Virus record (IMG/VR): IMGVR_UViG_2671180828_000013
Direction: 5' to 3' (one strand)
Source of the DNA: a virus
Lineage: Duplodnaviria; Heunggongvirae; Uroviricota; Caudoviricetes
Length of the DNA stretch: 7,624 nt
Shown here: piece after piece, positions 1 to 7,105 of the stretch
How the letters are laid out: each line of letters starts with the position of its first letter
Numbering within the stretch: position 1 is the stretch's first letter
Notes under the pieces: model-generated
What the model was told of the DNA's origin: nothing
The model's database searches: none
Seen by the model: the letters and a program-made list of their open reading frames with translations, nothing else
Program-made: the position numbers and the translations under genes

Positions 1-585
1 TTACGCACCAGCCTTTTTCTGGGTTACATTTAAATGATTAACCTTAGCTTCACATTCTTCATAAATCTCTCTTACAGTATCATCGGGTAACTCTTGTAGA
101 CTCAATGCTAGTGCTCTTTTGACTCCGCTCAATGAGTGCAGTTTTTGAATATCTGTATCAAGCAAAACGGTTAGTAGTTCGGCCCCTTTTCTGATCAATA
201 AGTTGGACAAAATCTCTTGTTCAGATGAAGTTAGCGAGTCCCACGCCCTCATGATGATGGAATCACTATCATCAATTCTTTGTTTTTTTGTTCTTTTTGT
301 TTGTTCAATTGGTTCTTTTTTCATGCTTGGCTCATCACAATAACCATTGACCAGCCACTCCATAGATACATGTTCTCTTTCTGCAATGTTCTGGAGATGG
401 TGCTTTCTTGGTTGTGGTGGCGGCTGATTGTTTCTCCTTTTGTAGTAGTTCTGCAATGTCTGAACGTTTATTCCCCATGCTCTAGCCGCCTCACTTCTCG
501 ATTTGTAACGCTCTGCAAGACGAAAAATCCGTTCGATCACTGGTTCTTTTCCTTCGTCGAGAAAAGAACTGTTTTTCATGTTCAT
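1..585 (-). CDS. Phage CI-type repressor with N-terminal helix-turn-helix domain
   Basis: 194-aa ORF from ATG at 585-583 (second in-frame ATG at 579-577) to TAA at 3-1. AAGGAA Shine-Dalgarno about 9 nt upstream on the minus strand (plus coords 595-600). N-terminal stretch ERIFRLAERYKSRSEAARAWGINVQTLQNYYKRR ... MEWLVNGY fits the HTH pattern of phage CI-type repressors. Divergent to a Ner-like gene as in a Mu-type immunity region. The ORF-track extension to 714 is AT-rich and low-complexity (NNRTNKRTKSR...) and is treated as non-coding leader. Confidence 0.75.
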   Translation of the reverse strand: MNMKNSSFLDEGKEPVIERIFRLAERYKSRSEAARAWGINVQTLQNYYKRRNNQPPPQPRKHHLQNIAEREHVSMEWLVNGYCDEPSMKKEPIEQTKRTKKQRIDDSDSIIMRAWDSLTSSEQEILSNLLIRKGAELLTVLLDTDIQKLHSLSGVKRALALSLQELPDDTVREIYEECEAKVNHLNVTQKKAGA

Positions 586-752
586 GCTCTCAGGTTCCTT
601 TTTATTTATCTTATTGATATTAATAACAAAAACACCGCAAAGAATAAAAAGAACAAAATACCTTGATTTGGTTCTTTTGTTTGTTCTATTATTTACCCGT
701 ACAGATATCCGCACGAATATCCGCGCGGGTAACTTTTTAGAATAGAGGAAGT
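586..752. promoter_or_regulatory. Divergent switch region between repressor and Ner-like genes; expected to hold operators and both promoters
   Basis: 167-bp AT-rich intergenic region between divergently transcribed regulator genes. Contains a tandem direct repeat ATATCCGC (705-712 and 717-724, 12-bp period), a TTATTGATATTAATAA near-palindrome (about 611-626) and a GTTCTTTTGTTTGTTC motif (671-686). Function is inferred from position only. Confidence 0.5.
663..692 (+). promoter_or_regulatory. Candidate sigma70-type early promoter for the Ner-like gene and downstream operon
   Basis: TTGATT (663-668) as -35, 18-bp spacer, TATTAT (687-692) as -10, about 60 bp upstream of the ATG at 753; GAGG ribosome-binding motif at 745-748. 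Hexamer matching by eye only; alternative -10 candidates exist (e.g. TAGAAT at 738-743). Confidence 0.3.
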
Positions 753-1001
753 ATGAGTAGAAGAGAAGTTTCAGATCACGATTGGCCGCCTGAAATCATC
801 AAGGCGCGCTTACACATGGCTGGCTTATCACTGCGCTCTTTATCTTTAAAGGCTGGTTACAGCAGGGATTCGCTGAAAAGCGTATTACGTACTCCTTGCC
901 GACCGTATCAGCAAATAATTGCTGATGCTCTTGGGGTATCGCCTGAAGAAATCTGGCCCAGTCGATACCAGGTTAAGAGCTATATGAGAAAGGCGTCATG
1001 A
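753..1001 (+). CDS. ner: Ner-like DNA-binding transcriptional regulator (Ner/Nlp family)
   Basis: 82-aa ORF. Sequence DWPPEIIKARLHMAGLSLRSLSLKAGYSRDSLKSVLRTPCRPYQQIIADALGVSPEEIWPSRYQ matches the recalled Ner/Nlp pattern (DWH.ADIIAGL ... LS..S...G......L.NAL.R.WPKGE.IIA.AL...P..IWPSRY). TGA stop at 999-1001 is followed 1 nt later by the next ATG. Confidence 0.85.
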   Translation: MSRREVSDHDWPPEIIKARLHMAGLSLRSLSLKAGYSRDSLKSVLRTPCRPYQQIIADALGVSPEEIWPSRYQVKSYMRKAS

Positions 1002-1002
1002 T

Positions 1003-2421
1003 ATGTATGTCATTGCAAAAGAACTGATTGGCGCGCCCGGAATGCCTGCTACAACAAAAGGTATTCGCCAGGCATTACAACGTTACGTACAAGGGAAAAG
1101 CTGTTGTTCCCGTCGTCGCTCAGGCTCTAAAGCAACTGAATACAGCATCGACTGTTTACCTGAAGTGACGCAGCAGGCATTACGTGAACGCTACGCCCTG
1201 CAACTGATGACTCAAAAAGTCGATGAATCACCGGCTCCAGTGGTGACAAAGGCCAGACGCTCGCCTGCCGTGGTTGATGCGGTGGAGGCATATCGCGGAT
1301 CACCACAACTGATGGTCGAACGCCTTAATGCCCTGACTGAAAACCAGCGCCAGGTGGCTGATGCACGAATCGCGATCGTCAGCGAAGTTCTGAAAGTCGC
1401 GCAACAACCTGGTTTCAGCTGTGCGAAGGCTACCGCCCCTTCGGTGGCAGAAGATACGGCAGCTGCGCTGGAGCAGAAAAGCGGCTCAGCAATGAATCAG
1501 CTGTTTAACACACTTTCAGACGGCTGGACGGTGATTTCAGACGGTCTGCATGATGTACAGGCCATGACCGACACCATCAGCGATAAAATTGATGCGCTGG
1601 AGAATGCCGTTTCAGGGATGGGGATTGTGCAGGATATCAGTGCCTTTACGGCCAGTTTTACTGCCCTGAAAGGGAATGCCGCCGCCCTGATTAATGCGCC
1701 CCGTCGCATGGCTGAATCGCTGGCCGGAATGTTTGCCGTGCTGGCGGGGCTGCCCGGCGATCCTTCCCTGTCGCTGACCGGAAAAGCCGGAACGCCGTCC
1801 GGCAGCCTGACCACAAACCGTGACAGCACGACAGAGCAGGCCATGCCGCAGCTGTACCGCACACTTTCTTCCCTGCGTTACACCCTCAGCGAACAGGATG
1901 ATCCGCAGCGCCTGATTGGTCTGACGCCTGCGGCACAGAACAATATCCGTCTGCTGCGGAGCGTCATGCAGAGTGCAGCCCTGGTGTCGCAGGCGCAGAC
2001 GGTCGGAAAACTGCTGGATCAGGTCATCCGGCAGAATACGACGCACGTTCAGGATACTGACCGTGCGGGCGGACTGGCCTGGCTGGAAAGTTCTGCTGAT
2101 GTGCAGCGTATCAACCGGGATTTGAGCGATGTCATGGAACAACAGGTGCTGGATCTGTCCGCACAGGGCCATACCGGCACCGCCCTTACATTACGTGATG
2201 CAGGGCTTGCGCTGACAGAAGATTTAACCACGCGGAGCGTGCATCTTCCCGGTGCTTTTCAGGTCATGGTGCGAACCACCGAACCGGCACTGGTCACGCT
2301 GTACCGTGCCACCGGTAACAGCCGCCGCTGGCAGTATTTTGTCCGCAGAAACAATATCCCCGATCCGGTTTTTGTTCCGGGTGGCCGCCGCGTGGAGGTG
2401 ATCAGTGAGCAGCAGGATTGA
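1003..2421 (+). CDS. Hybrid ORF: MuA-transposase-like N-terminal DNA-binding domain (about the first 150 aa) continuous with a tail protein at the Mu gp43 (N) position (or tape-measure-derived segment); probable deletion-derived in-frame fusion
   Basis: ATG at 1003, TGA at 2419-2421. N-terminus ...APGMPATTKGIRQAL...SGSKATEYSIDCLPEVTQQAL resembles the recalled MuA N-terminus (...LPGLPKTSAGVIYVA...GVKGGKAIEYNANSLPVEAKAAL), and a following ENQRQVADARIAIV stretch resembles the MuA SDSQRRLAEKWLPAV region. No DDE catalytic-core-like sequence follows; the remainder is Ala/Gly/Ser/Thr/Leu-rich like tail/tape-measure proteins. Its 3' end overlaps the hub gene start by 17 nt, the position of the gene preceding the hub in Mu-like tail modules. 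Confidence 0.55.
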   Translation: MYVIAKELIGAPGMPATTKGIRQALQRYVQGKSCCSRRRSGSKATEYSIDCLPEVTQQALRERYALQLMTQKVDESPAPVVTKARRSPAVVDAVEAYRGSPQLMVERLNALTENQRQVADARIAIVSEVLKVAQQPGFSCAKATAPSVAEDTAAALEQKSGSAMNQLFNTLSDGWTVISDGLHDVQAMTDTISDKIDALENAVSGMGIVQDISAFTASFTALKGNAAALINAPRRMAESLAGMFAVLAGLPGDPSLSLTGKAGTPSGSLTTNRDSTTEQAMPQLYRTLSSLRYTLSEQDDPQRLIGLTPAAQNNIRLLRSVMQSAALVSQAQTVGKLLDQVIRQNTTHVQDTDRAGGLAWLESSADVQRINRDLSDVMEQQVLDLSAQGHTGTALTLRDAGLALTEDLTTRSVHLPGAFQVMVRTTEPALVTLYRATGNSRRWQYFVRRNNIPDPVFVPGGRRVEVISEQQD

Positions 2422-3529
2422 ACTGTATATCGGCGGCAGTATTTTTTCCGGCTGGCTGACGGTCAGCGTCCGTCGCTCGCTGGAGCATCTGGCCGGGTCG
2501 TTTGAACTGGGGCTGATGCTGCCCGGTGAGCGCATCCCCTCAGCCCTGCGGACCGGTCAGCCCCTGACGCTCAGAATTAACGGGCAGACGGTCATCAGTG
2601 GCTGGCTGGATCAGGTCAGTCAGCGGATCAGTGCAACCCGTCATCAGATCAGCATCAGCGGTCGGGATAAAACCGGCGACCTGGTGGACTGTGCCGCCAT
2701 CCATCCCGGCAGCCAGTGGCGCAACCGGACGCTGGCACAGATTGCCGCAGATTTATGTGCGCCCTTCGGGATAGCCGTGCGCTGGCAGGTTAACGACGAC
2801 ACGGCTGCACGCCCCTTCAGCTCTTTTACGCTGGAAAACTCAGAAACCGTGGCGGATGCGCTGACCCGTGCTGCCCGGCATCGCGGGGTGCTGGTGACCA
2901 GTAATGCTGACGGCGATCTGGTGTTCACCCAGGCAGGAAGCCAGCAGACGGACAGACTGGTGCTGGGAGATAACCTGCTTGATGCCGATTACAACACGGA
3001 CTGGCGAGGACGATACAGCGAATACCGTGTCCGGGGACACGGGCGCGGTGGTGGCAAACGGGGAGACAGCGAATCCGCCGCCCGTCTGGCAGCACCTGTG
3101 GGCGTCATCAGTGATGAGCAGATCGGCCGCTACCGGCCGAAAATCATCCTCGCCGATCAACAGACAGACATCACCGGTGCACGGCAGCGTGCCCTGCGTG
3201 AAATGCGCCGTGCGATTGCCCGTTCAGAACGGTTTTCTGCCACCGTGCGTGGCTGGTTCCGGGATGATGGCCGGTTATGGGATGTCAATCTGCTGACCGG
3301 TGTTTCAGCCCTGCGTTTCGGTATAGAACAGACTGAACTGCTGGTCTGTCAGGTGGAGTTTTTACTTGATGAGCATAACGGGGAAGTCACCCGGCTGGTA
3401 CTGGCACCGCGTGACGGCTTTATCGTTCCGGCAGAGCCGGACAGTAAGGGCCGGGGTGGTTCCGGTGACGATGTTGATGCCTTTATTCGCCAGCAGATGA
3501 AAAAACAGGGGATCAGCTTTGATGAATGA
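2405..3529 (+). CDS. Baseplate hub protein (Mu gp44 / P2 gpD late-control-D family)
   Basis: 374-aa ORF with GTG start at 2405 preceded by GGAGG (2394-2398) at 6-nt spacing; overlaps the upstream ORF by 17 nt. Size and sequence character (IELYIGGSIFSGWLTVSVRRSLEHLAGSFELGL ...) fit the gpD/gp44 family; TGA at 3527-3529. Confidence 0.8.
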   Translation: MSSRIELYIGGSIFSGWLTVSVRRSLEHLAGSFELGLMLPGERIPSALRTGQPLTLRINGQTVISGWLDQVSQRISATRHQISISGRDKTGDLVDCAAIHPGSQWRNRTLAQIAADLCAPFGIAVRWQVNDDTAARPFSSFTLENSETVADALTRAARHRGVLVTSNADGDLVFTQAGSQQTDRLVLGDNLLDADYNTDWRGRYSEYRVRGHGRGGGKRGDSESAARLAAPVGVISDEQIGRYRPKIILADQQTDITGARQRALREMRRAIARSERFSATVRGWFRDDGRLWDVNLLTGVSALRFGIEQTELLVCQVEFLLDEHNGEVTRLVLAPRDGFIVPAEPDSKGRGGSGDDVDAFIRQQMKKQGISFDE

Positions 3530-4133
3530 TGAAGTGTTCAGCCGCCTGATTGCCCCGGTAACGCGCGGTATTCGCCTGTTGTTTGGCCGGGGCGTTCTGA
3601 CCGGCACACATGACGAACTGAAAATGCAGAATGTGCAGCTCACCGGCATGGACGGCGAAACCTTTGATGATGTGGAGCGTCCCCAGCAGTACGGGCAGAT
3701 CAGCGTTCCCCTGCCGGGTGCGGAAACCTTTTTTGCCTGTCTGGGCGGACAGCGGGATCAGACTGTGGTGCTTGTGGTGGAAGACCGGCGCAGCCGCCCG
3801 ACCGGACTCACAGCCGGAGATACGGGGGTGTATCACCATGAGGGGCACCGGATACGGTTAACAAAGGATGGCCGCATTATTGTGACATGCAAAATGCTGG
3901 AGATTTACGCCGACGAGGGGATGCGGGTGGATACGCCGGAAGCCACCTTTACGGGCAATGTGACGGTGGATAAGAACCTGCATGTTAAGGGTAATTTCGC
4001 GCTTGAGGGTACGGGGAAATCTCAGGGACTGTTCACAATGTCGGATGCCGTTATTGCAGGGATACGGTATTCCGGCCATGTGCATCATGATAACGGCGAA
4101 GGCAGTAAGACAGGAGTGCCGGAGAATGGCTGA
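3522..4133 (+). CDS. Baseplate spike / baseplate assembly protein V-like (Mu gp45 family)
   Basis: ATG at 3522 (the ORF track opens at an in-frame TTG at 3519) overlapping the hub gene stop; about 203 aa, consistent with gp45/gpV-type proteins. Position directly after the hub gene. TGA at 4131-4133 overlaps the next start. Confidence 0.75.
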   Translation: MNDEVFSRLIAPVTRGIRLLFGRGVLTGTHDELKMQNVQLTGMDGETFDDVERPQQYGQISVPLPGAETFFACLGGQRDQTVVLVVEDRRSRPTGLTAGDTGVYHHEGHRIRLTKDGRIIVTCKMLEIYADEGMRVDTPEATFTGNVTVDKNLHVKGNFALEGTGKSQGLFTMSDAVIAGIRYSGHVHHDNGEGSKTGVPENG

Positions 4134-4563
4134 TATTGCAATTGTGTGGGATCAGGGATGCGGTTCGCTGCAACTGAACGGTGCCGACCTGCTGACGGAT
4201 GACAGTCTGCTGACGGCCGTTCTGATTTCGCTGTTTACTGACCGCCGGGCGCTGGCATCGGATGAAATCCCTGACGGTACGCGCGACCGCCGGGGATGGT
4301 GGGGAGACAGTTTTCGCCCGCGCCCCATTGGCTCCCGTCTGTGGCTTCTCAGCCGGGAAAAAACGCTGGCCTCGGTGATAAGCCGTGCCCGTGCTTACGC
4401 GGATGAGGCGCTGGGCTGGCTCAGTCAGGATGGCGTGGCGTCATCCGTGGTCTGTCATGCAGAACGTGTGGGACACGCGCGGCTGGCGCTTTCGGTGCGC
4501 ATAACCCTGCCTGATGGTTCAGTGAGGCCCATGATTTTTTATGCTGATCTTAAGGGGGAGTAA
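4126..4563 (+). CDS. GP46 / gp25-like (GPW family) baseplate wedge protein
   Basis: Start chosen at internal ATG 4126 (MADIAIVWDQGCG...), with AGGAG at 4112-4116 and ATGGCTGA overlap with the preceding stop. The upstream part of the 3982 ORF is out-of-frame overlap with the spike gene. 145 aa, typical for this family; TAA at 4561-4563. Confidence 0.8.
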   Translation: MADIAIVWDQGCGSLQLNGADLLTDDSLLTAVLISLFTDRRALASDEIPDGTRDRRGWWGDSFRPRPIGSRLWLLSREKTLASVISRARAYADEALGWLSQDGVASSVVCHAERVGHARLALSVRITLPDGSVRPMIFYADLKGE

Positions 4564-5645
4564 TGCCTTATCAGCCTTTACCGCTGGCACAGTTAATCAC
4601 GCAGACACAGCAGGATATCAGCCAGCGCCTGCCCGGCTCGCAGCCGGGTGTGAATGAAACCACCCTGAATGCCATTGCTTACGCTCAGGCAGGGTTATCT
4701 GCTCAGGAGCATGAGCATCTGGCCTGGATTGCGCGTCAGATCATCCCGACCGAAGCCGATGAAGCCGAACTGCTGAAACACTGTGCATTCTGGGGCGTCA
4801 TGCGTAAGCCTGCCTCTCGGGGGGACGGGCCGGTTCAGCTGATGCTGACCACGGATGCGGGGATCAAGGAAGGTGTGCTTCTCCAGCGAAGTGATGGCGT
4901 GGTTTACCGTATCACCACCTCCCTGACCGGTAAGGCCGGTACGCTGAATGTCAGTGTGGAAGCCGAAAGTGCCGGTCGTGCGGGGAATGCCCCGGCAGGG
5001 ACAAAACTGACATTTATCACACCGCAGGCGGGGATCAACCAGACGGCCACGGTGACCGGAACGGGGATCACCGGTGGTGCGGATGTGGAAACCGTGCCGG
5101 AGCTGCTTTCCCGTCTGGTTTTCCGGGTGCAGAATCCACCGTCCGGCGGCACGCAGTATGATTTTGAACGCTGGGCGCGTGAAGTGCCGGGCGTGACGCG
5201 GGCATGGTGCCGCCCGGAATGGCCGCAGGCGGGCAGCGTGGGGGTAACGTTTGTTCAGGATAATAACCCGGATATTTTCCCCGGTGACGGTGATGTTCAG
5301 CGGGTGGCGGATTATATCCGCAGTCATGATGATCCGGCGACCGGCCAGCCTGTCGGACAGCCTCTGGGGCCGACGGTGACCGTGTTTAAACTGACCAATA
5401 AGCCGGTGCCCTTCAGCATCAGGATCATCCCGAAAACACCGGAGAATCAGGCGGCCGTAAAACAGGCGCTGACCGACCTGTTGTATAACGAATCCCGGCC
5501 CGGCGGTCTGGTTCTGCCGTCGTCTTTCTGGCGGGCGGTGGCAGGGGTGAAAAATCTGGAGGATTTTGAAGTGCGCAGTCCGCTGACGTCAGTTCAGGCG
5601 GGAGACAGTGAGCTGCTGACGGTAGGAGAAATCACATGGCTGTAA
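4563..5645 (+). CDS. Baseplate J-like protein (Mu gp47 family)
   Basis: 360-aa ORF; ATG at 4563 in a TAATG overlap with the previous stop; GGGGGAG Shine-Dalgarno at 4554-4560. Size and position after the gp25-like gene fit baseplate J. Confidence 0.85.
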   Translation: MPYQPLPLAQLITQTQQDISQRLPGSQPGVNETTLNAIAYAQAGLSAQEHEHLAWIARQIIPTEADEAELLKHCAFWGVMRKPASRGDGPVQLMLTTDAGIKEGVLLQRSDGVVYRITTSLTGKAGTLNVSVEAESAGRAGNAPAGTKLTFITPQAGINQTATVTGTGITGGADVETVPELLSRLVFRVQNPPSGGTQYDFERWAREVPGVTRAWCRPEWPQAGSVGVTFVQDNNPDIFPGDGDVQRVADYIRSHDDPATGQPVGQPLGPTVTVFKLTNKPVPFSIRIIPKTPENQAAVKQALTDLLYNESRPGGLVLPSSFWRAVAGVKNLEDFEVRSPLTSVQAGDSELLTVGEITWL

Positions 5646-6196
5646 CCCTGACCCCGCATCAGCGCGCCCTGTTGCAGTTACTGCCTGACGGGCTGGCATG
5701 GGACAAGCGTCCGTCATCCGTACTGGCATCATTATGTCTGGGCCTCAGTCATTCGACAGCGCGTGTATCCTGGACGGGTAAACAGCTGCTTGCCGAGCGT
5801 TTCCCTGACACGTCGCGCCTGCTGCTGGAAGACTGGGAGCGTTATCTCGGGCTTCCCGAGTGTGATATGGCCGGAGCCACCCTCACGGAGCGACAGCGTT
5901 ATGCCGGAAATAAATACCGGATGAAGCCCTCGCTGAACCGTGAATTTTATATCCGGTTTGCGGCGGAGTTTGGTTATCAGATTGACATTCAGCCCTCACC
6001 GGATTCGCAGTGGGTCAGTATTGTCACGATTAACAGTGAAACCGGCTACCGGAATATGAATGTGCTGGATGATATTCTCACGCCGCTGCGTATTTATGAA
6101 GGCGGTGCGCTGGAATGTATTCTGAACCGTTATAAGCCTGCATGGCAGACGTTTATTTACGTTTATGCAAACAGCCATGAAGAGGAGACTATTTAA
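5636..6196 (+). CDS. Mu gp48-like baseplate/tail protein (YmfQ / DUF2313 family)
   Basis: 186-aa ORF; ATG at 5636 overlapping the baseplate J stop (TAA 5643-5645); AGGAG at 5624-5628. N-terminus [26 protein letters not shown] and the size fit the gp48/YmfQ family that follows baseplate J in Mu-like modules. Confidence 0.8.
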   Translation: MAVTLTPHQRALLQLLPDGLAWDKRPSSVLASLCLGLSHSTARVSWTGKQLLAERFPDTSRLLLEDWERYLGLPECDMAGATLTERQRYAGNKYRMKPSLNREFYIRFAAEFGYQIDIQPSPDSQWVSIVTINSETGYRNMNVLDDILTPLRIYEGGALECILNRYKPAWQTFIYVYANSHEEETI

Positions 6197-7077
6197 TGTT
6201 TCATGTTGATAATAATTCCGGCGTGGCGAATATGCCTGCGCTGGCACCGGCGCAGAGTAATACCACAACCTGGTTTACCGAAGGTGACGGACAAAAAGGT
6301 ATCAGCTGGATTGGTCAGGACTGGCTGAATATTCTCCAGGCCGAACTGCTGAATATTCTGGCTGAAGCCAGTATTCAGCCGGATAAGGCGCAGTTAAACC
6401 AGCTTACGCTGTCCATTAAAGCCATTATCGCTGCGAATGCCTTTTCCCGGAAAAATAACCTGAAAGAAATTGCTGATGCCGGTGCGGAGGCCCAGCGTCT
6501 GGCCCGTGGTTATCTTGGTCTGGGGACGCTTGCCACAAAAAACAGTCTTGGTCCCGGTGACGTTAATGCCCTGGCGAAGGATCAGAATCTCGCCGACCTG
6601 GAGAATAAGGGAACCGCCCGTAATAATCTGGATGTTTACAGCAAAAGCGAAGGTGATAACCGTTACCTGCGCAGGGAGCAGAACGGCGCAGACATTCCGG
6701 ATAAAGGGGCTTTTATCGATAACGTCGGTTTACGGGAAACGGTAAACAGGGCGGCGAATGCCCTGCCATCGGACGGCACCGCCGTTGCCGCGAACAGGCT
6801 GGCAAATGCCCACACAATTAATGGTGTTCCCTTTGACGGGACGCAGGATATCACTATCTCATCAGGAACAGTAACCGCCATAAGACTGGGGTCGGTGACC
6901 GCACATATGCCCGGAACATGGGAAAGCTGGGATCTGAATCTGGGGGGCGGCAATGTTCTTACCGGAATTAAAGTACAGGATGTCGGTAAGAATACGGCAG
7001 ATAACGTCGGCGGCGTGTATTACCGGCCGTTGCAGTATCTGTTAAATGGAGCATGGGTGACGGCTGCAAGTATATAA
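6196..7077 (+). CDS. Tail fibre protein (Mu S-like: constant N-terminal part plus a short variable C-terminal part)
   Basis: 293-aa ORF; ATG at 6196 in a TAATG overlap; GAGGAG at 6183-6188. N-terminus [33 protein letters not shown]...[16 protein letters not shown] resembles conserved tail fibre N-terminal domains. Contains a gix-like site at codons about 173-181. TAA at 7075-7077. Confidence 0.8.
   Translation: MFHVDNNSGVANMPALAPAQSNTTTWFTEGDGQKGISWIGQDWLNILQAELLNILAEASIQPDKAQLNQLTLSIKAIIAANAFSRKNNLKEIADAGAEAQRLARGYLGLGTLATKNSLGPGDVNALAKDQNLADLENKGTARNNLDVYSKSEGDNRYLRREQNGADIPDKGAFIDNVGLRETVNRAANALPSDGTAVAANRLANAHTINGVPFDGTQDITISSGTVTAIRLGSVTAHMPGTWESWDLNLGGGNVLTGIKVQDVGKNTADNVGGVYYRPLQYLLNGAWVTAASI
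6713..6738. other. gix/hix-like crossover site for a Gin/Hin/Pin/Cin-family serine DNA invertase
   Basis: TTATCGATAACGTCGGTTTACGGGAA matches the recalled Mu gix sequence TTATCCAAAACCTCGGTTTACAGGAA at 22 of 26 positions (13 of 14 in the right half). It lies about 175 codons into the tail fibre gene, where the constant/variable boundary sits in Mu S. A convergent tail fibre assembly gene follows downstream. Confidence 0.55.
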
Positions 7078-7085
7078 TGATATTC

Positions 7086-7105
7086 AGAAGGCCTTCCGGC
7101 CTTCT
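7086..7105 (+). terminator. Hairpin terminator between convergent tail fibre and tail fibre assembly genes
   Basis: Perfect 8-bp inverted repeat AGAAGGCC (7086-7093) / GGCCTTCT (7098-7105) with TTCC loop, followed by TTATT on the plus strand. Sits in the 31-bp gap between the stops at 7077 and 7109. Confidence 0.6.

Noticed and set aside
280-666. 128-aa plus-strand ORF antisense to the repressor gene
   Set aside because: Lies entirely opposite the repressor coding sequence; Phe/Leu-rich low-complexity translation typical of AT-rich antisense frames; no ribosome-binding site or recognisable domain.
605-675. Possible IHF-binding sites (WATCAANNNNTTR-like) in the switch region
   Set aside because: The best candidates (around 605-617 and 656-668) each miss the consensus at the TTR positions. 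In AT-rich DNA such partial matches are expected by chance.
586-714. 5' extension of the minus-strand repressor ORF to an ATG at 714 (MRISVRVNNRTNKRTKSR...)
   Set aside because: The extension is AT-rich and low-complexity with no ribosome-binding site, and would consume the switch region. The ATG at 585 has a well-placed AAGGAA Shine-Dalgarno and begins the recognisable HTH domain.
3982-4125. Upstream part of the 3982-4563 ORF (MLRVISRLRVRGNLRDCSQCR...) as the start of the gp25-like gene
   Set aside because: This segment overlaps the 3' end of the spike gene in another frame and is Arg/Cys-rich. The internal ATG at 4126 has an AGGAG ribosome-binding site and gives a protein of typical size.
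6258-6283. Second, weaker gix-like motif (TAATACCACAAC CT GGTTTACCGAAG) near the 5' end of the fibre gene
   Set aside because: Only about 16 of 24 half-site positions match, and it lies about 25 codons into the gene, far from the expected constant/variable boundary. Probably chance resemblance.
1497-6953. Numerous minus-strand and alternate-frame ORFs inside the structural genes (e.g. 1612-2172, 2224-2535, 2840-3160, 2904-3296 plus, 3513-3848, 3631-3861 plus, 3858-4088, 4695-5327, 5996-6268, 6470-6745 plus, 6663-6953)
   Set aside because: All are nested within or antisense to stronger, longer ORFs with coherent gene order and coupled starts. Their translations are Arg/Pro/Gly-rich, as expected for shadow frames in GC-rich coding DNA.
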